Part shown: positions 26,156 through 36,400 of the stretch, one piece after another
How positions within the stretch are numbered: position 1 is the first letter of the stretch
How the letters are laid out: each line of letters begins with the position of its first letter
Virus record (IMG/VR): IMGVR_UViG_3300044475_000064
Location: 1 to 60,078 of that record
Length of the DNA stretch: 60,078 nt
Direction: 5' to 3' (one strand)
Origin: a virus
Translations under genes and position numbers: made by a program
The notes under the pieces: generated by a model
The model's input: the letters and a program-made list of their open reading frames with translations, nothing else
The model's database searches: none
What the model was told of the DNA's origin: nothing

Positions 26156-26232
26156 TGGTTGCGAGAGTTGGATTTGAACCAACGACCTTCGGGTTATGAG
26201 CCCGATGAGCTACCAAGCTGCTCTATCACGCA
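26156..26232 (-). tRNA. tRNA-Met (anticodon CAT), initiator-like, CCA encoded
   Basis: Cloverleaf folded by hand, 77 nt: TGCGTGA TA GAGC AGCTTGGTA GCTC A TCGGG CTCATAA CCCGA AGGTC GTTGG TTCAAAT CCAAC TCTCGCA A CCA. It has a GGG/CCC anticodon stem and A11:T24 like bacterial tRNA-fMet. There is one T:T mismatch in the acceptor stem. Confidence 0.8.
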
Positions 26233-26236
26233 ATAT

Positions 26237-26312
26237 TGGTGCAAAGAAATGGGATCGAACCATTGACCTGCGGATCTTCAATCCACCACTCTACCGACTG
26301 AGTTATCTTTGC
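26237..26312 (-). tRNA. tRNA-Phe (anticodon GAA), CCA encoded
   Basis: 76 nt: GCAAAGA TA ACTC AGTCGGTA GAGT G GTGGA TTGAAGA TCCGC AGGTC AATGG TTCGATC CCATT TCTTTGC A CCA. All stems pair. Confidence 0.85.
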
Positions 26313-26318
26313 ATTTTG

Positions 26319-26396
26319 CTCGATGGGCCGGACTTGAACCAGCGACCTCCAAAGGGCTTTATACCTTTGCTACTCTACCGACTGAGCTACCAACGA
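26319..26396 (-). tRNA. tRNA-like gene with a non-canonical anticodon arm (possible pseudo-tRNA or unusual decoder). No CCA encoded.
   Basis: The acceptor stem (one T:T mismatch), D-arm (GCTC AGTCGGTA GAGT) and T-arm (GCTGG TTCAAGT CCGGC) are canonical. The anticodon arm is GCAAAGG-TATAAAGC-CCTTTGG, a 6-7 bp stem with an 8-nt loop. Confidence 0.55.
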
Positions 26397-26437
26397 AGTG
26401 TGAATATTAGCCAAACAAAAATATAATTGCAATAATA

Positions 26438-26460
26438 AAGCCGCATTTATTTTCGGCTTT
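26438..26460 (-). terminator. Weak hairpin between the endolysin and the tRNA cluster (attenuator or processing site?)
   Basis: Stem AAAGCCG/CGGCTTT with a 9-nt loop and an AT-rich tail. Confidence 0.35.
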
Positions 26461-26464
26461 ATTA

Positions 26465-26998
26465 TCATGCTGCTTTAGCTTCTTCAATGAGTACCTTGGC
26501 AACAGCCTTAGCAATCAACCATTTCTTGTCCTGCCATATCTTTAACTCAGCATCATTTGAGATAAAGAATACTTCGAGAATGATCCCACCACCACGGACA
26601 TAACCAAGTCGACTATGTTGGCCGCTATCTTCGGGCTTCCAGCCTTGAGCGCCACGCAAAGGAATGCCAGTAGCTTCATTGACTGCTTTGCAAAGCTTTT
26701 GGCTGATCAGTCGATCTTTGACTGCAGCAAGCGCCTCAACACCTTCGGCCTTTTTATTGGTTGATGCATTACAGTGGAACTCAACGGCGATGGCACTATC
26801 TTTAATCAGCTTGATCGCCTCATTAAGTGGTGCATTGCCTTTACCTTCGCCGTCAGTATGAATTGGTATACCTTCTGCAAGAAGATAATGTGCAACCATA
26901 TTGCGCATATCCTGGGCAATATCAGCCTCTCTGAAAATACCATTCACCGCGCCTGGATCTGTGTTGCTATGACCTGCAGTAATCGTAATTGTACGCAT
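26465..26998 (-). CDS. Endolysin, N-acetylmuramoyl-L-alanine amidase (Amidase_3-like)
   Basis: ITITAGHSNTDPGAV.. READIAQD .. AVEFHCNAS .. GVEAL follows the Amidase_3 zinc-ligand pattern. It lies adjacent to the holin. Confidence 0.8.
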   Translation of the reverse strand: MRTITITAGHSNTDPGAVNGIFREADIAQDMRNMVAHYLLAEGIPIHTDGEGKGNAPLNEAIKLIKDSAIAVEFHCNASTNKKAEGVEALAAVKDRLISQKLCKAVNEATGIPLRGAQGWKPEDSGQHSRLGYVRGGGIILEVFFISNDAELKIWQDKKWLIAKAVAKVLIEEAKAA

Positions 26999-27001
26999 AA
27001 C

Positions 27002-27280
27002 TTAACCTCCCCACTTATCAACATTCTTCTTGAGGTATTCCTCAATAAATGTACTACCCAATATACCCAATCCACTTGCGATACCAACTAAAGCCAGTGG
27101 AGGAATATTGGGCATTTGTAATAAAACGACACCAGCAATCAACGAAGTTGCTGCTCCTAGAATTGTCCGACCGATAATCAGACGAGCCGACAAAGGCTCT
27201 TTGGTGACGAGAAGTTTACTCATACCGATCAACCCACCGATGACGATAATCATTAAAATACTTTTCTCATGCTCTTGCAT
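27002..27280 (-). CDS. Putative holin (92 aa, three hydrophobic segments)
   Basis: Segments ILMIIVIGGLIGM, ILGAATSLIAGVVLL and LALVGIASGLGILG with a charged C-terminus. RBS AGGAG. It is immediately upstream of the endolysin. Confidence 0.65.
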   Translation of the reverse strand: MQEHEKSILMIIVIGGLIGMSKLLVTKEPLSARLIIGRTILGAATSLIAGVVLLQMPNIPPLALVGIASGLGILGSTFIEEYLKKNVDKWGG

Positions 27281-27336
27281 GTGTGCTTACTCCTATTGTT
27301 AGCACATCATGCGCTAGGTATGTCATGTTTGTTACC

Positions 27337-27366
27337 ATTATAGACAAGCCATTTTCAGTTCAACAA
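27337..27366 (-). promoter_or_regulatory. Sigma70-like promoter of the lysis cassette (perfect TATAAT -10)
   Basis: Minus strand: TATAAT at 27342-27337. Candidate -35 is TTGAAC (15-nt spacer) or TTGTTG (18-nt spacer). Confidence 0.4.
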
Positions 27367-27379
27367 CACGAAAATATAT

Positions 27380-27406
27380 AAAAACCCCACCGAAGTGAGG
27401 TTTTTT
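27380..27406. terminator. Rho-independent terminator directly after the giant gene
   Basis: On the minus strand the stem is CCTCAC/GTGGGG (one G:U pair) with loop TTCG, followed by T5. T6 lies on the plus side. Confidence 0.65.
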
Positions 27407-27408
27407 GC

Positions 27409-30400
27409 TTAATTGTAGATAGATGGTGACTGATCCTCAACCAAACGATCACGCAGCTTGTTGTTATAGCGCATACCACCTACGGCGTTGTCAGCACCTT
27501 TATCACGGTTTTTACGTGATTGAGAAATACTGCGAGGTGTGATCTTCTGCTCAGGATTCTTCTCATTGAACTTGTCAATTTTCTCAGCAAGTTTATCGAG
27601 CTTCTTCTCATCACCCTCTTGGTTGGCCTTATAGTAATCATCCATGATGCTCTTGCGCTCTTTGATGATCGTTTGTTGCATGTTGAAGCTGGCGTTATTG
27701 GTCTGATACTGTTCCGCAATACCTGCAGGTGTAAAACCAAGTGCCTGTTTGATCACATCAGAAGTGGTCACATCCGTAACAGTATCACCACGCATATTTT
27801 TCGCGCCTTCCGTTTCATAGCGATAGGCTTTCATCGGATCTTTAAGCATCTTCGGCATCATGGTCTCAATACCACGATAAACCTCACCCTTGCCGATATA
27901 ACTCAAACCACGGGCAAATTGAGCACCAATTGCAGGTACAGCACCAAGCAACTGGCTTTGCCAAAATTGTAAAGCTTCCTCACCTTCTTTCTCGCTGTCA
28001 GGTGATCTAAACCAAAGGTCAGCCATACCAACCGAAGCGGACAATGATGTGCCTGTTACATAACCAGGTACGCCGTGCAGTGCCAATCCTGCCAATTTTG
28101 GACCAATTGATTTTATCATTGCTTTTTTAAGTTCTTCTTTTGGATCTTCACCGTCATCCATGAACATCCCTGCCATCACCATCGCAATACCAAACAACCA
28201 TGTACCTGTGATACCTGCGTTCAACATCATCATGCCTGTAATACCAGCAAGCTGAGAGAATGCCTCCTTACGGACTTCCTTAGTCTCACCATTCAATGCT
28301 TGGTGAGTATCACGGAATAGGCGATAGAGCATGTTGATTTGGAAATTACGGAATACGAGTAAGATCTTCATCGTGTCATTGTGCATCAGTCGAGGGCGCG
28401 ATGTATTTGAATAATCAAAATGCGTTTTCCAAGTCAGATCGCCTGCTTTTGTCACTGCAGCATCATGGCTAAGACCTTTTTTGCGAGCAAGACGGTATGC
28501 AGCAAGGAATGTGACCTCACGGTTTAGACGTTCAGCATGATGGAAGCCCCAAGAAATGATTTTCATTGCACGCTCACGGGCAGCACTGTACTCAACACCA
28601 GTCTCACCAACACCTGCAAGGTCATGCCCTTGTGTACGCTCGATCACGCCTGCCTCATAACCGTCAGCCATTGCCTTGCGTTCTTCTGCAGTCAAACCAC
28701 TTGAACGCTCTGCAAAACCCTTACCTTTGGTGAAGTCAACGAGCGCATTGGTCAGCTCCTTACCTGCACGAGCAATACCATTCAGACCGCCTGCATATGC
28801 GCCAAGGATCGGCACACCCATGATCGGTGTCTGAAATAAGTTCATGATCGCAGCTTTTGGACTACCTGCGAGATACCATACGAATGCGAAACTTGATGCC
28901 CATTGAGCCAATGCGCCACCAGTCGGTGACATCACAAACTTATGGCGCTTCTCCATTTCATTAACGATCAAGCTGCTACGCTTAGGATTCTTGGTTTCAC
29001 GAGCATCATCCCGTGCTTGATCAAGTGCATCCTCTAGATCCATGCTGTGCGCCATACGTGCCAACTGGTGAGATCCGTGGAACATATGACTACCGAAAGC
29101 ACGGACGGCATCGGCGTTATAGCCTTCACGCCCTTTACGATGGATACGAGCCTTACGCACTGACATATCAGGCAATGACTCAAGATAACGTTGCCATACT
29201 TCATCCTTGACCTGCTCAGCGTTCGGCAGATCAGCAAGAATATCTTCAACATCGGCAACAAAATTTGGATCTACTGCTTTTCGCTCAGCTGCCCCATCAA
29301 TCAAAGCACCTTCTTCAACTTTATAATTTGCATCCTTTCTCATTTCCTCAGCAAAACGGCGCTGTTCGGTCGGATCTTCAAAGCGAGAGAACGATACTAC
29401 TTCCCCAGTCTTGGCATCGCGTACGGTGACAAATAGCGATCCAAACCGTGCTAATGGGAAATATGGTCCTTGGAGACGCTGCGTTTCAAACTGCTTGCGT
29501 AGGCGCGTCATACGAGCCTTACGATTCCATGCAATTTTAGTCTTAGCATTATTAAGAGCACGGTCAGCTGCAGCAATTGCATCATCACGCTCCTGTCCTT
29601 GCAATCCCTCATCAGTGATGCGCTCCATTTCACGGCCATGCTCACGCTCAGCTTTTTTGATACGGACATTGATTGCCTTTTCCATATTAGCAAGCAGTAT
29701 CTCATCAAAGGCATCAGCGAGATCCGTGTACGTGTCACGCACCTTTTTATAGATCTCTTTTGCTTCTGCAGACAATGGATCAAAACGTTCTTTCAGTACG
29801 TCATAGGCTTCTTCACGCTTGTCATCAAGTTCCTGTTTCAAGGTCAGTTCAGCTCTGAGATTTGCATTCAGATTAGGATTGGCCAAAGATCTTTTTTCTT
29901 GTGGAGTCATCAAGCTTTGGAACGGCATGGACGGATCAACCTGGTTTAAGGTCGATTCATGCATAATATCCATCAGCTCACGGTTTTCGTCCTTGTTCTT
30001 GATGCGATATTTCAACCACTCTTGAGCAACGGCATCGGTCTTAGCGTGCCATTTATTGCGCATGGTATCCATTTTGTCCTTGACGCGCAGATAAACCTTG
30101 GCAGACGGTAGATCACTCGCCATTTCATTGAGCATCTGGCGTAATGGAATCAAACCTAGCGCACCGTTTGTCATCAACTTGGTTAGTTTGTCAGATGGTA
30201 ATTTTTTGGCTTCATCCCACCACTGTTTAAGCTTCATTGCATACTCATCTTCTGAAACAGGGCCGAGATCATCATCAGCACGGCTGAAACGGATGTCAGG
30301 ATTGGTCGGATCGAATGCTCCAGTGTTATCAGTGGCAGATTTAATTTGCTCAGAATCAAAAACAGATAACGTTTGATGACCATCATCGGAAAAAATAATA

Positions 30401-33400
30401 GCGTCATATCCAAGTTCTTTAAGCTTAGGTACTAAATCGTTTGCCCAATGCTTATTTTTAAACTCATGTTTTGTTGAGTTCCAATCGAAATACCCATCCT
30501 TAGCCTGGTTCACAACACTCTGACCAAAGCGGCTGCTTGCTTGGATACCTGCCAAAACTTTCAAACCATGATCAGTATTTAGATCAAGTGGATTTTCAGA
30601 ACGCACATAGATCGGCTTAATACGAGCATCAGGATAAATTGGATTGATGTCTCCATAATCCATCATGTCCTGAATATCACGAGCGCTTAGGCGAGATCCA
30701 TCCTGACGGTTCACGTACTCATTACCATCAATTTCATAGATATTACCGTCATTGTCTTGATACACTGGATCGCTACGCTTACGCCCACCACCAGCACCTT
30801 GCGCATAACGATCAGCAATATCCATATCGTCAGTGGTATGAATCAGACCACCTGCCTTATCCTTATCCCATTGTGACCAGTTATCTCGTGTGCCGTGATA
30901 GCGAATTTGTGGTTTCCCATCCTCATCCACCACCTTACTGTCACCAAACCACTTTTTAAATTCAGGTGTGTTTGTCTGATCTTCACGGCTAAAACGAGAG
31001 CCTGATCCATGACTCGCATTGAAAGCAATCAGATAATTTTCATAGACTGTTTTCTCCTGATCCACGATCTTGAATCCTGCATCCGCATCAGGAATATAAC
31101 CCTCTTTGGTCTTGTCACCATTGCCACCAATAACAACGCCATCCTTACCAAGCAGCCAAACATAGCTATCAGTTTTCGGCGCAAAGCGCTTATCAAAACC
31201 AGTTCTTCGGCTATATGGCTGATCAGAATATTCGCTTATTGATAAAGCATTGACGCTTACACCCTCTCTAAAGCCATCTGTCAAAATTGGTTCACGGTTA
31301 GATTCACCACCTCTGAAATCAACATGGATGCTCTTATATTTTTTAAAGAACTGTTTTTTAGTGAGTGGCTTATTTGATGTGTCAGCCTTGCTGAAACGGC
31401 GCATACCATTTGCATCGCGATTGCCAAGCGTATTGACCATACGCTCAGCCAAGGCGAGTACATCATTCGCATTCAGATTGAGATTTAAGCCAAGCTTATC
31501 CACTGCCCATGCTTTGACGGCGGCAACGATGCGATTGACAAGAGTTTGCACACCTGGTCGCTTGTTCTGCGCACGAGCTGCAACGGTGATCAGATACGGA
31601 AGATACTCATCCTGACGAGCAGCTGCATCTGTCTCACGCTCAGCAAGGCGTTTTGCCTCAAGTGCGATAGGATCTTTAGCAGCCACCAAGCGATCAAACT
31701 GATCCATCAGGTTCTTGTAGGCAGTCGGCTTCATCACGCCCTGCATACCAGCGTGACCACCGAGCTCATGCAGAAACACTGGAACAATGGTGTCAGGTGT
31801 TAGAGCGTTTGCAACGAGCGTTACGTTCCCATCCTGCGCATAACCCTCGACACCTGCAATACGGAAACTGTCATCAATGCTCAGAATGCCTTGATCCTCA
31901 AGACGAGTGATCACGTCCTTGCCGAAACGCTCAATCAGACGATTGCGGACATCGGCAACAGTTATGCCAGTACCCTTCCGATCACCTTGGCTGAATAGTA
32001 GTTTTTCCTGCTGTGCGATGATGCGAGCACGATCACCTTCTGATTTAGGATCATAGGTTTTGATCTTTAATCCTGCATCACGTAGTACCTGCAGCGCATC
32101 TTTATCCATACCCTTTGGCACAACAGCGGTATTGAACTCGCTGAATTGAACGGCACGCTGAGCCTTCGCCTCAAAGTACGCCGTTGGTAGGTTTGCAAGG
32201 TAACTGGTCAGGTCGGCAATGATCTTGCGTGACTCAGGTGTGACCTTAAATGCCTCACGAATGCCTTTCTGCCCCTCCGCGATTGCAGATCCAGCATCAT
32301 TGAGATAGCCCCAACCGTTCGTGTCGTATTTGTAGAATGGTTTGAGACGTTCAAGCGCATCCTCAAATACCTTGGACGATTCCTCTTTTAGCTTCTCCAT
32401 TTCAGCCTCAGTGACGATCTGATCACGGCGAGATTGGATGTCTTTGAGCGTTTTCATTTCATTGGCGTAAGCAGAGCGTGCGCTACCTGCACCATAGAAT
32501 GTGCCCTCACCTGCCTGTAGCTGCTGAGTCATTTCAGACACGACGTTCTCAAGCGTGTAAGGCAGATATTTTTTGTTTCCTGCATTGGTAAAGCCTTTAA
32601 ATAAGGTCTTACCAGTCACCATCGAATTGAATTTATCGGTTGCCCATTTCTCGAAAGCTGCGCGTGTTTTTTCATTACGCATCTTTTCCGAAAGATCGCT
32701 TCTCAATTGAGCATAATCGTAACCACCACTTTTGCGGTAGTTGTCTGCTTTCATAGCTAAGTCATCAAGTGCATACGGCTTGAGCGTACCATCCTCGTTG
32801 TAATAACGTGCCTTTGCACGAGCCACGCCTTTTTGATTGATCTCACGCATAACCTCCTTTGCATCATCAGGCAAAGCAGGATCAATTGGCTTCTCGTACT
32901 CAGCGATGCGAGACTCAAAATACTTTTTAGCAATGGCAGCAAATTTTGGATCTTGTGGCCATGAGAAGCGAGATCCTTCCAGTTTTGCAGCGTTCTTGAT
33001 GTATGGATTGACCTTAGCCTGTTTCAATTTTGGTGCTTTGCCGATCTCATTGAGATATGCAAGCTGCATTGCATCTGATCGAACAAAGTTTTCAGCTCCG
33101 TCTGTACCACTCGCCTCATCGAGACTCGGCAAGCGAAGTCCGTTTGCATTCTGTTCAAGCTCGCTGAGCAGCGCATTAAATTTCTTCTTGTCTAGCTCAT
33201 AGCTTGCCCGTGGCTGACGTGGAGAATAAATATCTGCATCGAACGTGCGGATCTTTGAATCCTCAAGAAGCTTCGGATCTGCCAATAGGGTGACTTCACC
33301 AAAGCCTGAGAAGTCAGACACATCAGAACGAGCGACGGCGATAGATGGTGCAGCAAGCCCACCTAGATCGTTCGCAGCCAAAATGTTCGATGCGCTCAGG

Positions 33401-36400
33401 TTGTGAGCGACAAATAGATTTTTAGGTTGTTCATCAGTCTTTGAAAACTGAGCTTTCTCACCGTTCAGATTAACAATTTCTGAATATCCGTACTTATCCT
33501 TGGTCACAACCGCATCGTAACCAGCCCTTTTGATCGCTGCAGACAGCGCCTTACCTGTCTTGCCGTCAAACATTTCCGACAAGTCTTTTTTCCACCCACT
33601 GCTGTCAGTGGATTTATGCTCAAGCACAAGCGGATTTTTGAACGAGATCACACCGTACTGCCAACCAGGACTGTTCATGGCTGACATATCATCAGTCGCA
33701 ATGTTCATGTACTCGCCTGCAGGTTCTAAATCCTGCCCAAAGTCCATGCCTTGTGGATAGTTCTTGCTGCTGACTGTGTTGCGAGAGAAATACGCATTAA
33801 TTGGCTTACCAGTCTCAGCATCTTTCGGATCTGTGAGATCAGCGCGGCTGAAACGAATATCAGGATTGGTCGGATCGAATGCACCAGTGTTGTCAGTGGC
33901 GGATTTGATTTGCTCAGGACTGAATGTCACATAGATTGTTGAAGGTTTATAAATATCCTTGGCAACCTTTTCAGCTCGCTTTAGATCTGCAGCATCTAAT
34001 GAGTCAACCTCGACATATTCACCATCAAGCTTAATATAACTTCCATAATCAATAACATTAGAAAGAATAGCACCATCTTTTCCATCGTTTTTTGCACGAT
34101 GAGCCATAAGGTTCGTATCACTTACACCAAACAAGGCCTCGTCAATTTCAAAATCTTGAAGGTTATGATGTTCCGCAAATGACTTTGCGTCTTTCTCAGA
34201 ATCGAAAATAAATTGGCCATTATCACCAATAAATGTATCAAAACCATCTACAGTGATTTGATAAGCTTTTTTTTCTCCTTGGATTGTTCCATTCCACATA
34301 TTTCCACGGTAGTTGGCAAGTTGTGGATCTCTAATATTTAGGAATACTGGATAAATTCCAGGTGATGCCTCATCGCTATCATACTCATCACTTGCTTTTG
34401 CTTCGTCAATAGATCCTGCATAACTAACTGCGACATCACGATTTGCCGCAAAAAATGAAGATCCAGGCGGTGTCTCAGAGAAGCGAGGCTCAGCGTCGTT
34501 ATCAAATTCAGAAAAACCAGCCTGTTTCGCTCCATGATAAACCACCAACGGCTCACCATTCTCATCAACCACCTGTGATGCGTTGGAAGCATCGTTTTCC
34601 CAATCACCAAACCAGTTTTTAAATGACGGCGTGCGTACCTGCAACCATTGCTGCTCATTCAAATTGGTTAGTTTTCCGTTAGGCGCTTTCATCCATTGGT
34701 CAGTGCCTTCGTACTGTTTGCGCACATCATTTATCTCAGAATTTTGATTGTCCGCACGGCTGAAACGTAACTTCTTGTCAAACCAATAATCCTCTAGGAA
34801 CTTGCCAAGGCTTTCAGGATTCGTACCTGAGAATAGTAGCTGCCCGTCTTGGCGCTCGATGCGAATGCGACCTTTCTTCTCAACGATACGAACGCCTGTG
34901 TCCTTGCCCTTATTGGATAGTATCGCGCCGTCAGAATTGACTGAGCGACCATATTGCTGTGCTACATCATCGTACTTCTGAAATTTGTTTTCAGTATTGG
35001 ATTCTTCGGCTGGTTTCGCCTTAGTAGTATGCTTCGCTTTCGGCGTAGGTGTATCTATAAGTCGCATTTCACTTAACGGCGTACCAACATCCACACCCTT
35101 ACGAGTGAACAAAATAGAGCCATCATCCAAAATTTTACGATCAAAACGTGGCTGAATTAACTGACGTGTAAGTGGGCGTAATTTTATGCCTTTTTGGATA
35201 AGGATTTGATCAATCGCATCCATACCAATAAAGTCAGTCACATATTCACGACCTGTAATGTCGCCAGTACCAGGCTTATAGTTTTCCTTGCCTGATACTG
35301 CATCGCCACGCATCTGAACTAAGATGCCTTTGTTAGCACCCTGACCCATTGCGAGATCAATATTATCGGCAACATACAATTGGGATGTGTTGCCGCCGCC
35401 ATTAGTCAATGTATTGCGTGTTAGATCATATAAGCCTTCCGCATCCATTTCACGGTAAACAGTTTTGCCAATAGGTGTTGTTTTTCCTGTGAATGGTCCA
35501 ACATTATAATTTTTTGGCATGGATGGACGTTCGGTCTTAGCCGCTTCCTTTTTAGCCATAGTGTCTTTAACAACTAGTGTTTTTACGGCTTCCTGTGCCT
35601 CAGCTAGAGTGTCGTAGTATCCATATTCATTACCATTATTCTCATCACGATACAGTGTAAAAATAGGATACGGCTTATCATTACGCATACGAGACTCATC
35701 AACAATGATCATACCGTTTGATGCAATCCACGTTTTATCACGAGTATCATGTGTCGACCATGTGATTTTTGTCTCATCACTGATCTTCTTCTCGATTTCC
35801 TTGTTTTTACGATACTCAATGTAACGTTTGAGGTCAGCTTTCTCATTGAGCAGGCTTTCTTTCATGCGCTCAGCTTTATTTACAGCACGTTTCTCATGAG
35901 CTTTAGGATCATTAATAATTGCATCCTGCTCAGCAATGTTCTGATCAATTCTAGGAAAATCTGCTTGTAGCTTCTCAATAGATATATGACCTTTGCTTTG
36001 GTCATAGTCTTTGATATTTCTTTCAAAAGAAATCTGATCCTTAGATTTTTTAGCAACAGGCGTAGTCTTAGGCTGACTGGTATCTACAGTCGAACTAGGG
36101 AACTCATGAGCAGTCACAACTAGGTCACGAATAGGCGCATTCAGGCGAATGACTTTCACATCCTCACCAGTTTCACGCGCAGCCATCCATTGATGATGAC
36201 CATCAAGAACATGGTTATCACTTGAGATCAGGATTGATCGGTTGCCACCTTCATAATTTTTAGCCTTATCAACCTTCTCCTGCGAGAACTCGGCTTGTGT
36301 CGGTTTTAGGCTGTCAGCGGTAACTGTTTCCTCCTGGTGTGAGATACCGCGTGCATTCATAAAGTTGACCATTGCGCCACGGTGTTCGGCTTTGATCTGT

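Noticed and set aside
26196-26426. 76-aa plus-strand ORF
   Set aside because: It is entirely antisense to the three tRNA genes, so it is an artefact of stop-free tRNA sequence.
31740-31790. FLHELGGHAG in the giant protein as a zinc-metalloprotease HExxH motif
   Set aside because: The spacing is HExxxH, not the canonical HExxH, and no downstream third ligand motif was recognised. It is left unassigned.
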